This document shows positions 21,381 through 31,716 of a stretch of 64,000 nucleotides of DNA, in pieces. Every line of letters starts with the position of its first letter. Position 1 is the stretch's first letter. Position numbers and translations under genes: made by a program. The notes below the pieces were generated by a model. The model saw nothing but the letters and a program-made list of their open reading frames with translations, was not told the DNA's origin and ran no database searches. This DNA is from Escherichia coli (lineage in GTDB: Bacteria; Pseudomonadota; Gammaproteobacteria; Enterobacterales; Enterobacteriaceae), in assembly GCF_041886205.1 (NCBI RefSeq), contig NZ_CP169029.1. The stretch is one strand, 5' to 3'.

Positions 21381-22053
21381 CAAGCCTTTTTGCACCAACT
21401 GATGTACACAATCAGATTTCAGCCTGTCCGTAATAATTATATTTGATATTACATTAACGCTCTTTAACTGTAGGACAGCACAGCGTAAATTGTTGAATAG
21501 TTCATTTAAAAAATCATAAGGATAAAAAACCAACACTTAAAACATTGTTCTTTTTCAAGAACACATATTTAAATAAAATAACAAACCGCTACCAACTTTA
21601 AAACATTAAAAAAACTGTGAGAGATTACTCTGAAAAGAGTTCATAGCTTTTTAATAAACCATATAAAGTAAACAATACATATGTTAACCCCCCAGAAAAA
21701 ACGTGACAAGAACATAACACCATAAGCAGATACCATATACACGCACACCACCATAACGAATTGGTCACTGGTTCATGACAAACCGTTCATAATTGCTAAA
21801 AATATTAATACACCATCATATAGACTTTCATGTCTAATGAAAAAATATTTATACTCCAGAATAGCCACAACCTTTATAAAATTCAGCTCATTAGAATATA
21901 AATGCATATGCCAATGAACAGAATACATTCTCATCCTTATTGAGGAACATACTGCCTGAGAGAAAAATCATCACTCAGACTTTGAAATAACATTGTCGAA
22001 TTCATATTATACAAAAGGGGAGTCATTCCCCTTTTTTAGCTTAGGTACTCAGT

Positions 22054-22875
22054 TTATAAGGAAATGGCAGAATACTCTGTGTTTATCCATGAGTGTTCCT
22101 TTTCCCAGGTGAATATCCATTTACGTACTGGTCCGGCCATCACGTTAAGGTAATAACTGTCATACCCGGCCATCGTCGCCACCGGGTGGTACCCTTTCGG
22201 CACCATGACCACGTCACGGTTATAGACCGCCATACATTCATCAAGTGTGCGGTCATCGGTATACACCCGCTGCATGCAGAACCCCTGTTCCGGGTTGAGG
22301 CGATGGTAATAGGTCTCCTCCAGATAGCTCTCCTGAGGCGGGTTATTCGTATCGTGTTTATGGCTCGGGTACGAACTGGTACAGCCTTCGTTGGTCCAGA
22401 CCTCGACGACCAGCAGGCTGTCAGCGGGCTTGTCTTCCGGCAAAATATTATGCACATAACGCTGGTTGTGGCCGTTACCGCGCGCTTCGCCATCGATATC
22501 CTGAGGTGCAATCAACCGCGTCGGGTATGTCCCTTTTCCCGGAGCGGTACAGACTGCCAGCTCCAGTTTCGTCAGCGCCTTCACCTGCACTGCCTCCTGC
22601 GGGGTGACGTAAACTGCCCAAGGTTTGATGCGCTCGAACGGGCTCATCCGCTCCCCGATATCAGTAAACTGTGCAGAAGGAGTGCTGATGAAAGCGCGCC
22701 CGGCCACCAGCACCAGACAGCGCTCTTCACTGACAGCGGGCAGCGTCAGTTGCTGCCCTTCCTCAAGTTCATAGGCCTCAAAGCCAACATATCCCCATCC
22801 GGCGCTTTCCGGCGTGACAGACTGAGTCCGCCCCTCAGCGTTCGGCTGTTGCCAGCGTGATAACAAACGTGACAT
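22054..22875 (-). CDS. iolB: 5-deoxy-glucuronate isomerase IolB
   Basis: 273 aa, KduI/IolB cupin-like; located in the iol operon. Confidence 0.8.
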   Translation of the reverse strand: MSRLLSRWQQPNAEGRTQSVTPESAGWGYVGFEAYELEEGQQLTLPAVSEERCLVLVAGRAFISTPSAQFTDIGERMSPFERIKPWAVYVTPQEAVQVKALTKLELAVCTAPGKGTYPTRLIAPQDIDGEARGNGHNQRYVHNILPEDKPADSLLVVEVWTNEGCTSSYPSHKHDTNNPPQESYLEETYYHRLNPEQGFCMQRVYTDDRTLDECMAVYNRDVVMVPKGYHPVATMAGYDSYYLNVMAGPVRKWIFTWEKEHSWINTEYSAISL

Positions 22876-22884
22876 GTCACCTCC

Positions 22885-23811
22885 TCAGATAAGCCCGGCG
22901 TCGCGCGCCAGGCGGCTCAGATTGTTATATCCCAGACGGGCGTAGGTCAGCGGATGGGCGATCGCCGGGTCCTGTTCAGCCTCCACCACCAGCCAACCGT
23001 GATAATCCTGCGTTTTCAGCAGTTGCATAATCGGCGGATAATCCACGCAGCCGTCACCCGGCACGGTAAACACGCCGCTCAGCACCGCGTCGAGGAAGCT
23101 GGTTTTACGGTTTTTGACGTCCGCCAGCACGTCGGCGCGCACATCTTTGCAGTGAACATGATTGATGCGCGATGCCCATCGCTGTGCCACCGCCAACGGA
23201 TCGGCCCCGGCAAAGGTCAGGTGGCCGGTATCCAGCAGTAAACCAACCTCCTCACCCGTGTGGAGCATCAGGTTGTCCACGTCTTGAGCGGACTCAATCA
23301 CCGTGCCCATATGATGGTGGTAAGCAATCTGTACCCCCTGTTGCTGCGTATAGCGGGCGAACACGGTGAGCTTCTCACCATACTCTTTCCAGCATTCCTG
23401 CGGGAAACGTGGGCGCAGGTGAACCGGCGTCTGCTGCTCACCGTGAATGCAGCCACTCACTTCCGCAAAAACCAGTACTTTTGCACCCAGCTCTCGCAGC
23501 AGCGTCAGATGCGACTGCACAGCAGCAATCTCGTCCTCTACACTGCGTTCCAACAGGCGGCCGGAATACCAGCCGGAGACCAACTGCAGGTCGTGGCGCT
23601 GCAAAATGGGGCCGAGCAGGCGCGCTTCTCGCGGGAATTTATTGCCCAGTTCGAAGCCGGCAAAACCGGCCTCTTTCCCTTCACTCAGGCAGGTCTCCAG
23701 AGATGTCTCCGCGCCCAGTGAAGGCAGATCATCGTTCGTCCACGTCAGCGGGTTGATGCCCAGTTGTACACTCATTGTCGTCTCCATTATGCGTGTCCGC
23801 GCTCGCGCCAC
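22885..23811 (-). CDS. iolE: Inosose dehydratase IolE (likely start MSVQLG at 23775)
   Basis: Xylose-isomerase-like TIM barrel; sequence GINPLTWTNDD typical of IolE. Confidence 0.8.
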   Translation of the reverse strand: MARARTRIMETTMSVQLGINPLTWTNDDLPSLGAETSLETCLSEGKEAGFAGFELGNKFPREARLLGPILQRHDLQLVSGWYSGRLLERSVEDEIAAVQSHLTLLRELGAKVLVFAEVSGCIHGEQQTPVHLRPRFPQECWKEYGEKLTVFARYTQQQGVQIAYHHHMGTVIESAQDVDNLMLHTGEEVGLLLDTGHLTFAGADPLAVAQRWASRINHVHCKDVRADVLADVKNRKTSFLDAVLSGVFTVPGDGCVDYPPIMQLLKTQDYHGWLVVEAEQDPAIAHPLTYARLGYNNLSRLARDAGLI

Positions 23812-25691
23812 CAGGCGATAAGCTGCAGGTAGTTGTCCCGGATGCGCGCCACCAACTGCGCATCGTCAATATCGTATTTCAGCCATGCGCGGGAGGCATC
23901 GCCAAACAGCGTGCGCCCCACGGCGAAGCCTTTCACCAGCGCCTGCCCCGCGGCAGCTTTGAAGTCGGCACGCAACTGTTCCGCCGGAGCATCCAGACCG
24001 AGGATCACCACGCCGCGGCAGTGCGGGTCCCGGCGCGCGATAATCTCGCTCAGTGCCGTCCAGCCTTCGGCGGAGAGCGGCGGCAGTTTCCACCAGTCGG
24101 GGTAAATGCCAAGGTTGTAGAAGCGGGAAATGGCACGCAGATAAAGTTCGTCACTGCGCGGCATAGTGGCGGGTAATATCACCTCCAGCAGCAGTTCATG
24201 TCCGGACTGACAGCAGGCGTGGTACACCTCGGCGATTTTCTGCTCCTGCTCCAGACGCAAGCCGTGGGCATCTTCCGGATGGAAAAAGACCAGGCACTTC
24301 ACCACATGCTCCTGCGGCCAACTGATAAGCTGGGTACCAATGTTACCGTGCTCCATCTCCAGCGGACGCGAGCCTGGCAGTTCAATGGGACGACCAATCC
24401 ACCACCCTTCGCCGGTAATGGCGTTCAGCGCATCCTGACCAAAGGTGCCATCGCACAGCAGGCCGGCTTTCCCCTCCAGCCCGGCAGAGCTTGCCGCCTC
24501 TCGGCTGGCCTGCAGGATCAGCTGTTTCAGCGCCGGAATACGCTTAAGCGACGCGCCGCACTGCAGCGCCATATCTTCCAGTTGACTGCGGTGATCGAAC
24601 GCCATCACGCACAGCTCCGGCCATTCGCGGCGGCGGGTGGTCACCCGGTGCAGATGGTTAAGACGCGGGTCAATGTCCGGGCGCGGAACGAGCGCGGCGC
24701 GGGAGAGGTAATCATCCAGCTCAATTTTGCTCGGCATCGCCGGTGCACAGCCGTGGCGCGAGACCACCAGCGCCCCACAGGCGTTGGCGTAGCGGCACGC
24801 CTGTTCCCAGCCCTCGTCGTTCAGGTAACCGCGCAGCAGGCCAGACATAAACGCATCTCCCGCGCCAAGGACGTTAAGCACCTCCACACGCACGCCGGTC
24901 ACCGTCAGGCCGTCATCCAGCCGAGGTGGAATGGCATCGGTATACACCGAACAGCCCAGCGCGCCGCGCTTGCAAACCAGTGTCGCCTTGCTGACGTGGC
25001 GCACCTGCGCCAGCGCCTGCAACGTATCGGTGCTGCCCCCCGCAATGTGAAACTCCTCTTCGGTGCCGACAACGACGTCGAAAAGGTGTAGCACCTCCTG
25101 AAGTTCACGGGTAACCTGTTCGGCAACGATAAAACGCGTTTCGCCGTCTCCTAGAGAGGTTAGTCCCCACAGCACTGGACGGTAGTCGATGTCCAGCACC
25201 GTGCGCACGCCGTGACGGCGGGCGTAATTCAGCGCCGTCAGCACCGCCTCGCGGGTCTGCGGGTGAGAAAGGTGAGTCCCGGTGATGGCAATACACCGTG
25301 CGGAGGCAATGTAGCTTTCGTCCACATCGCTGGCAGTAATCGCCATATCCGCGCAGTTATCGCGATAAAAAATCAGAGGAAAGGTGTCCCGGTCTTTAAT
25401 GCCGAGTAGCACCAGCGCCGTGAGGCGTTCTTTATCGGTGATCAGATGGCTGGTATCGCAGCCCACCTGGTTTAACTCTTCCCGCAGGAAGCGCCCCATA
25501 TGTTCATCGCCAACGCGCGCCAGCATTGACGAGCGTAAGCCCTGACGCGCGGTACCGTACGCCACGTTGCCGGACGAGCCGCCGAGATATTTGGCGAAGC
25601 TCGACACATCCTCCAGGCGGGCACCAATCTGCTGGCTGTAGAGGTCTACCGCCACGCGGCCCATGCATATCACATCAAACTGCTTTTCCAC
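23787..25691 (-). CDS. iolC: 5-dehydro-2-deoxygluconokinase IolC with C-terminal DUF2090/aldolase-like extension
   Basis: 634 aa; N-terminal PfkB-type sugar kinase (GAGDAF motif) plus ~300-aa C-terminal domain. Confidence 0.75.
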   Translation of the reverse strand: MEKQFDVICMGRVAVDLYSQQIGARLEDVSSFAKYLGGSSGNVAYGTARQGLRSSMLARVGDEHMGRFLREELNQVGCDTSHLITDKERLTALVLLGIKDRDTFPLIFYRDNCADMAITASDVDESYIASARCIAITGTHLSHPQTREAVLTALNYARRHGVRTVLDIDYRPVLWGLTSLGDGETRFIVAEQVTRELQEVLHLFDVVVGTEEEFHIAGGSTDTLQALAQVRHVSKATLVCKRGALGCSVYTDAIPPRLDDGLTVTGVRVEVLNVLGAGDAFMSGLLRGYLNDEGWEQACRYANACGALVVSRHGCAPAMPSKIELDDYLSRAALVPRPDIDPRLNHLHRVTTRRREWPELCVMAFDHRSQLEDMALQCGASLKRIPALKQLILQASREAASSAGLEGKAGLLCDGTFGQDALNAITGEGWWIGRPIELPGSRPLEMEHGNIGTQLISWPQEHVVKCLVFFHPEDAHGLRLEQEQKIAEVYHACCQSGHELLLEVILPATMPRSDELYLRAISRFYNLGIYPDWWKLPPLSAEGWTALSEIIARRDPHCRGVVILGLDAPAEQLRADFKAAAGQALVKGFAVGRTLFGDASRAWLKYDIDDAQLVARIRDNYLQLIAWWRERGHA

Positions 25692-25703
25692 GTTGAACCC
25701 TCT

Positions 25704-26837
25704 TCAGACAATGTCATTCACGTTCAGCCAGAGGCCCTGCTGGTGTGAGAGTGCGATGGCATCCAGCACACGCGAGACCTTCCAGCCCTCTTCGAAGTCC
25801 GGCCACATCGGTGCGTCGGTGGCGATGCCGTCTACCAGATCACGCACTTCCACCGTTTTTTGATCGTTAAAGCCGATACCATGACCTGCGCCCATGCAAA
25901 ACGCGCCGTAATCCGGGTGTGCCGGACCGACCAACAGTGTCCGGAACCCCTGACGGTTCACCGGATCATCATGCAGATAGAGCTTTATCTCTGCCATCCG
26001 CTCTTGGGTAAAACTGATCGCTCCTTTGGTACCAGTAATGACGTATGACAGCCCCATCTTGCGGCCGCAGGCGACACGGGAAGTTTCAATGACGCCCTGC
26101 GCCCCGCCCGCAAAGCGCACCATCGCGTGGGCCTGATCTTCATTTTCCACGGTGACCATTTCCGACGATCCGGCCTTTGCCGGACGTGCCGGTACCACAA
26201 TTTTCAGATCGCCACAAACCTGCTCAATCTCTCCCACAAGATACTGGGCCATATTGACGATATGTGCCGCCAGGTCACCCAGAGCCCCCAGTCCGGCGGT
26301 CTCTTTAAAACAGTGCCAGTGAATAGGGGAAAGCGGGTCGGCCATATAGTCTTCGTTGTGGGTTCCGTAGAAGTGGATCACCTCACCAATTTCGCCGCGC
26401 GCAATAATCTCTTTCGCCAACTGTGCCGTCGGGTTTTTCATGTAATTGAAACCCACCAGCGTTTTCACCCCTGCCCGCTTCGCAGCGTCGACCATCTCAC
26501 GCGCGTCGTGGGCATTCAGTGCCAGCGGCTTTTCCGAATAGACGTGCTTGCCGTGGCGGATCGCCTCCAGCGCCATCTCTTTGTGAAGATGGTTAGGGGA
26601 GCAAATATCCACCACATCAATGGCCGGGTCGACCACGAGCACCCGCCAGTCTCCGGTTGAGCGATTGAAGCCAAACGCCTGCGCGCGTTCTGCCGCCAGC
26701 GCCGGATTCACCTCAGCCACCATCTCGCGCACCAGTTTGCCGCGCAGATTGAACACCGTCGGTGCCTGGGCATAGGCAATGGCATGCGCCTTGCCAATAT
26801 ACCCGGTGCCAATCAATCCAATACGAACCTCTTTCAT
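25704..26837 (-). CDS. Gfo/Idh/MocA-family oxidoreductase (second inositol dehydrogenase-like enzyme)
   Basis: Rossmann motif IGLIGTGYIGKAH; ~377 aa from MKEVRIG. Confidence 0.75.
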   Translation of the reverse strand: MKEVRIGLIGTGYIGKAHAIAYAQAPTVFNLRGKLVREMVAEVNPALAAERAQAFGFNRSTGDWRVLVVDPAIDVVDICSPNHLHKEMALEAIRHGKHVYSEKPLALNAHDAREMVDAAKRAGVKTLVGFNYMKNPTAQLAKEIIARGEIGEVIHFYGTHNEDYMADPLSPIHWHCFKETAGLGALGDLAAHIVNMAQYLVGEIEQVCGDLKIVVPARPAKAGSSEMVTVENEDQAHAMVRFAGGAQGVIETSRVACGRKMGLSYVITGTKGAISFTQERMAEIKLYLHDDPVNRQGFRTLLVGPAHPDYGAFCMGAGHGIGFNDQKTVEVRDLVDGIATDAPMWPDFEEGWKVSRVLDAIALSHQQGLWLNVNDIV

Positions 26838-26845
26838 CGTGATCC

Positions 26846-27874
26846 TCACAGTGCGCCGCGACGGCTCTTGGCATAGGTGTCGAATGCCACCGCCAGAACG
26901 ATAATTAATCCGGTGATAATTTGCTGGTAGTAGGCCGAGACGTTCATCAGTACCAGGCCATTAATCAGAATGCCCATGATGATGGAGCCGATGATAGTGC
27001 CGCCGATGCGCCCATATCCCCCCATCAACGACGTGCCGCCAATAACCACCGAGGCAATAACACGCAGCTCAAAGGAGATCCCGGCAACCGCCTCAGCGCT
27101 CCCCAGACGAGCGCTCAGGATGAAGCCCGCCAGCCCCGCCAGACAGCCAATCAGCACATAGACGCTAACCAGCACACGCTTCACGTTTACCCCAGCCAGA
27201 CGTGCCGCCTCCGGGTTGCCACCGATGGCATAGACGAAGCGCCCCCAACGGGTTTTATGCAGTGCCAGATAACCACCAATGGCAACGATGGCGAAGATCC
27301 AGATCGGAATGGAGATGCCGAGCAATTCCCCTCGTCCCCACCAGCGATAACCCTGATCGAAGCCGGCAATCGGCGCACCGTCGTTAATCACGAGCGTCAG
27401 ACCACGCCAGATGGTCATCCCGCCAAGGGTGACGATGAACGGTGGTAGGCGCAGGCGGGTGACGCCCAGACCGTGCAGGAAGCCAATCGCTGTACCCATG
27501 GTCAGACAAATCCCCAGCCCAATCAGCCAGCTCATACCGCCCCAAGCGTTCGGATCGACTGTGGTGAAATTGTCGCCTTTGATCACGTACGCCGCTGTCA
27601 TGGCGCACACTGCCAGAATAGAGCCCACGGAGAGGTCGATCCCAGCGGTCAGAATGACGAAGGTCATCCCCACGGCCATGATCCCGTAGATGGAGACTTC
27701 GGTCAGGATGTTGAAAATATTGCGTTCAGAGAAAAAATTACTGTTCTGCGACTGAAAGAAGATCAGCAGCAGGATCATGAAAATCAGTACCCCGAAGCGC
27801 TCGAAGAAGGCAATGGGATCGATGCGTCCGGCGCGTTTTACCGGGACCTGCGTTTTAGGAATCATCTGCGTCAT
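26846..27874 (-). CDS. Sugar ABC transporter permease (ribose/monosaccharide type)
   Basis: 342 aa, multiple hydrophobic segments, start overlaps upstream gene. Confidence 0.8.
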   Translation of the reverse strand: MTQMIPKTQVPVKRAGRIDPIAFFERFGVLIFMILLLIFFQSQNSNFFSERNIFNILTEVSIYGIMAVGMTFVILTAGIDLSVGSILAVCAMTAAYVIKGDNFTTVDPNAWGGMSWLIGLGICLTMGTAIGFLHGLGVTRLRLPPFIVTLGGMTIWRGLTLVINDGAPIAGFDQGYRWWGRGELLGISIPIWIFAIVAIGGYLALHKTRWGRFVYAIGGNPEAARLAGVNVKRVLVSVYVLIGCLAGLAGFILSARLGSAEAVAGISFELRVIASVVIGGTSLMGGYGRIGGTIIGSIIMGILINGLVLMNVSAYYQQIITGLIIVLAVAFDTYAKSRRGAL

Positions 27875-27885
27875 GAGAAACTCCG

Positions 27886-29433
27886 TTATGCCGCGTTCAG
27901 GGCGTTGTGGTTGATAGCCATCATCGTCATCAGCCGTTCTTCGTTAGCGTCGTCACCGTGGATCTCGCCAGTTAACCGGCCTTCACTAAGGGTGATGATC
28001 CGGTCAGACACCGCCATCACTTCAGGCAGATCGGAGGAGATCACGATCACCGCCACGCCCTTTTTCGCCATATCAAACAGCACCTGGTGCACTTCCGATT
28101 TGGTTCCAACGTCGATGCCACGTGTCGGCTCATCGACAATCAACACCCGTGGATTGAGCGCCATGCAGCGCGCGAGGATAACTTTCTGCTGGTTGCCGCC
28201 AGAGAGCTTACGCACCTCCTGCGTGCTGTTGACCATTTTGATCTGCAGCGCCTGGCGGTAGGACTCAATCAGGTCGTCCTCTTTGCGGGTATTCACAAAC
28301 CAGCGCCACTGCAACAGCGAGGAGAGGCAGGAGAGCGACAGGTTGTCGCGAATCGACAGACCCAGCACCGCCCCCTCTTTTTTGCGATCTTCCGGCACCA
28401 GCGCCAGCCCTTGCTCCAGCGCATAAAGTGGGTCACGCGGCTGGTACGGCACGCCGTCCAGCTCAAAGCTGCCGGTGGTAAAGGCGTCGGCGCCAAACAG
28501 GCAGCGCGCTACCTCAGTACGACCAGCCCCCACCAGCCCAGCGATACCCAGAACTTCCCCTGCATGGACGTGAAAACTGATGTCATGCAGGGCGATGCCG
28601 TGTGGATCCAGCGGCGGTTTTTCCCGGCTTAACCCCTTCACCGACAAACGGACAGGTTTGTCTTCATGGTGGGTTTCGCTGGCAGGGCGGCGGTTAAAGG
28701 CCACATCACGCCCTACCATCAGGCGGATCAACTGCTCTACGTTCGTCTCCGTCACTGCGCCGGTGCCGGTGAAACGGCCATCCTGGAAAACGGTGAAACG
28801 ATCGCAAAGCTGGAAAACTTCATGCAGACGGTGAGTAACGTAAATAATGCTCACGCCGCGGTTTTTAAGCTCCCGCACCACGCGGTGCAGGCTTTCCACC
28901 TCGCTGTCACTCAGGGCGGCGGAGGGTTCATCCATGATGATCAGCCTGGCATTGAGGGTCAGCGCCCGGGCAATCTCCACCATCTGCTGCTGGGCCACGC
29001 TCAGACGGGCGACTGGCGTGGTGGGTGCGACATTCAGTTGCAGATAATCGAGAATCACCTGCGCTTCCTGATTGACCGCTTTTTCGTCGACGATCAGGTT
29101 ACGTTTACGCGGTTCGCGTCCGAGAAACATGTTTTCCGCAACGGTCATATTGGGCAGCAGGTTGAATTCCTGATAGATGGTGATAATGCCCTTGTTCTGC
29201 CGTTCTACCGGGGAGTCGTCCACCGGCAGCGTTTCGCCATTGAACCAGATCTCCCCGCGCGTTTGTGGCTGTGCGCCCGCGAGTGCCTTCAACAGCGTGG
29301 ATTTCCCAGCGCCGTTTTCGCCCAGCAAAGCGTGAATTTCACCCGTGCCGACGGTGAGCTGGGCGCTGCTCAGCGCCCATACGCCGGAAAAGCTTTTTGC
29401 CAGGTCGGTTACTTTCAGTAAGGGTTGCGACAT
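27886..29433 (-). CDS. Sugar ABC transporter ATP-binding protein (duplicated ABC domains)
   Basis: 515 aa; Walker A GENGAGKST, signature LSGGNQQK. Confidence 0.85.
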   Translation of the reverse strand: MSQPLLKVTDLAKSFSGVWALSSAQLTVGTGEIHALLGENGAGKSTLLKALAGAQPQTRGEIWFNGETLPVDDSPVERQNKGIITIYQEFNLLPNMTVAENMFLGREPRKRNLIVDEKAVNQEAQVILDYLQLNVAPTTPVARLSVAQQQMVEIARALTLNARLIIMDEPSAALSDSEVESLHRVVRELKNRGVSIIYVTHRLHEVFQLCDRFTVFQDGRFTGTGAVTETNVEQLIRLMVGRDVAFNRRPASETHHEDKPVRLSVKGLSREKPPLDPHGIALHDISFHVHAGEVLGIAGLVGAGRTEVARCLFGADAFTTGSFELDGVPYQPRDPLYALEQGLALVPEDRKKEGAVLGLSIRDNLSLSCLSSLLQWRWFVNTRKEDDLIESYRQALQIKMVNSTQEVRKLSGGNQQKVILARCMALNPRVLIVDEPTRGIDVGTKSEVHQVLFDMAKKGVAVIVISSDLPEVMAVSDRIITLSEGRLTGEIHGDDANEERLMTMMAINHNALNAA

Positions 29434-29484
29434 CAGCCTGCTCCTTATTTATGGGGAGCCGCCCGTACGGCGGCTCCAGACAAA

Positions 29485-30414
29485 TCAGTTACCGGCCTCA
29501 GCAATACGCTCAGCCTGTTGCAGGTTCTCTTTGGTGATCAGCGTCGGCGGATAGTCCGCACCGGTGATAGTTTTTTTCTCACGCACGTTAGCCACCAGTT
29601 GGCTCATCGCCGTGGTCACCGCAAAGCCGGGACGCTGATCCGCCGTAACCGCCAGCCAGCCGTCGCGCACGCGGGCCAGTGCTTCCGGTACCGCATCAAA
29701 ACCGGTGACCAGGATTTCACCCGGTTTCACACCCTGACTCTGCAGCGCTTCAATCGCCCCCAGCGCCATATCATCGTTGGCAGAGAGGATCACCTGAGGA
29801 CGTTTTGGCAGCGACGGCAAAACGCTTTCGACAATGCGCATCCCTTCCGAGCGCATCCAGTTGCCGGTCTGATCGGCGACGATCTTGTACATATCCCCGC
29901 CAGCCTTCAGGCTGTCGCGGATCCCTTTGGTGCGTTCAATGTTGGAGGAGGAACCCGGTTGACCGGTCAACAGAATGATCTCCGCGCCGTTGGGGAATTT
30001 GGTTTTGACGAAGTCGCCAATCGCCTGGCCGCCCTTGTAGTTGTTGGCACCAAAGTGCGGCACTTTTTTCTGGCTGTCGACAGAGCGGTCAAGCGTAACG
30101 ACCGGCAGCTTCGTATCCTGAATTTCATCTACCGCACTGGAGACCGCGTTCACATCGTTCGGGGAGACAATAAAGCCCTGCGCACCACGGGTGATGGCGT
30201 TTTCCAGGTCAGCCACCTGCTTCGGTGAGCTGCCCTGACCGTCCAGTACCTGAAGTTTCACCCCCATCTCTTTTGCGGCTTTCACCGCCGTGCGCTGCAT
30301 GTGAACTTCAAACGGCATGGCCAGGTTTGGCGTACTGAAAACAATTTGCTCGTTTTCGGCTATGGCGGCCCCGGATGTCATGGCGATTAGGGCGGCTAAG
30401 ATCAGTTTTTTCAT
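29485..30414 (-). CDS. Periplasmic sugar-binding protein of the ABC importer (putative inositol-binding)
   Basis: Signal peptide MKKLILAALIAMTSGAAIA; ATG at 30412-30414; the longer upstream ORF extension is rejected. Confidence 0.8.
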   Translation of the reverse strand: MKKLILAALIAMTSGAAIAENEQIVFSTPNLAMPFEVHMQRTAVKAAKEMGVKLQVLDGQGSSPKQVADLENAITRGAQGFIVSPNDVNAVSSAVDEIQDTKLPVVTLDRSVDSQKKVPHFGANNYKGGQAIGDFVKTKFPNGAEIILLTGQPGSSSNIERTKGIRDSLKAGGDMYKIVADQTGNWMRSEGMRIVESVLPSLPKRPQVILSANDDMALGAIEALQSQGVKPGEILVTGFDAVPEALARVRDGWLAVTADQRPGFAVTTAMSQLVANVREKKTITGADYPPTLITKENLQQAERIAEAGN

Positions 30415-30445
30415 TATTATGTCTCTCTGTGTAGGGTTGTTGTGT

Positions 30446-31432
30446 TTAGAGGACGATCTCACGCTGGCAACGCAGTGATTCCAGCGCTTTATCCGCGAGG
30501 TACAGCGCACGTTCACCATCATCGCCGCTGCAATCAGGCACCGCTTCGCCGCGCAGAACCGCAACAAAGTGCTCCCATTCCGCTGCGTAAGCGGATTTGT
30601 AGCGTTGCAGGAAGAAGTGTTCCGGCAGCGCGCTGGTGCAACCCTGTTTGCCGTAGTGCTGCACCTGGTTTTCAAGGATATTGCCCGCGCACAGCAGCCC
30701 TTCGGAACCGTGTAGCTCCAGGCGCTGGTCGTAGCCGTATGAAGAGCGGCGACTGTTGACGATGGTCGCCATCGCGCCGGAGGCATATTTCAGAACGATA
30801 AATGCGGTGTCGATATCTCCCGCTTCGCCAATCGCCGGATCCACCAGATTGCTGCCCTGGGCATACACCGACACCGGCTCTTCACCCATGATGAAGCGTG
30901 CCATGTCAAAGTCGTGGATGGTCATATCACGGAACATGCCGCCGGAAACACGCACGTACACCGCAGGCGGTGGAGACGGATCGCGGGAGATGATCAGCAG
31001 TGATTCCGGTTTGCCGATACGCCCGGCCTGAGTGTCGGTTTTCACGCGACGGAACTGTGGGTCAAAGCGGCGGTTAAAACCGATAAACAGCGGTACGTCA
31101 TACTCTTTGACCACTTTCAGGCAGTCGCGTACGCGGGCAAGATCAAGGTGTACCGGTTTTTCACAGAAAATGGCTTTGCCGTAACGGGCGGCCATTTCAA
31201 TCAGATCCGCGTGGGTGTCGGTCGCGGAGGCGATCAATACGGCATGAACGTTCGGGTCGGTCATCGCCTCATCCAGGCTCTGCTGGCGCGCCTGATACTG
31301 TGTCGCGAGACGCGTGGCGAACTCCTGATTCGGGTCTACCACAGACCAGAGCGTGGTCGCACTATGGCTGGCGATGTTAGCTGCATGTACCTGGCCAATT
31401 CGGCCAGCGCCCAGTAAAGCAATGTTAAACAT
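30446..31432 (-). CDS. iolG: myo-Inositol 2-dehydrogenase IolG (Gfo/Idh/MocA family)
   Basis: 328 aa; N-terminal Rossmann motif ALLGAGRIGQVHA. Confidence 0.8.
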   Translation of the reverse strand: MFNIALLGAGRIGQVHAANIASHSATTLWSVVDPNQEFATRLATQYQARQQSLDEAMTDPNVHAVLIASATDTHADLIEMAARYGKAIFCEKPVHLDLARVRDCLKVVKEYDVPLFIGFNRRFDPQFRRVKTDTQAGRIGKPESLLIISRDPSPPPAVYVRVSGGMFRDMTIHDFDMARFIMGEEPVSVYAQGSNLVDPAIGEAGDIDTAFIVLKYASGAMATIVNSRRSSYGYDQRLELHGSEGLLCAGNILENQVQHYGKQGCTSALPEHFFLQRYKSAYAAEWEHFVAVLRGEAVPDCSGDDGERALYLADKALESLRCQREIVL

Positions 31433-31626
31433 AACGGCTCCCGGTGTTGATGAATGCGGTGAACTAACGACACTACAAATAAAACATTTATTTCATTTTT
31501 ATAAATAGTGAAAATTATATTTTGAGTGACAGTTAACACTTTTGAGATGTATTAGATAAATTTTGTTATCAATCTCACAACGCCGAGGAAGATATGTCCC
31601 TCCATTACAAGGGGGGGAGGGAATAA

Positions 31627-31656
31627 AAACTGTACCATCCCCTCTCCCGTTGGGAG
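31627..31656 (-). terminator. Perfect 14-bp-stem palindrome, probable terminator after iolD
   Basis: CCATCCCCTCTCCC-GTT-GGGAGAGGGGATGG; T-rich run follows on the minus strand. Confidence 0.5.
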
Positions 31657-31716
31657 AGGGGATGGGTGAGAGGAAAAAAGAAAAATGAAATGAAAATTTC
31701 GTTACGACAGGAAAAC

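Noticed and set aside
21400-22053. 650-bp AT-rich ORF-free stretch downstream of iolB as a possible ncRNA
   Set aside because: No clear promoter/terminator pair or conserved stem-loops visible by eye; more likely the AT-rich edge of the acquired block
29485-30786. 433-aa version of the periplasmic binding protein ORF
   Set aside because: The upstream 124 codons overlap iolG in another frame and lack protein-like composition; the true start is the signal-peptide ATG at 30414
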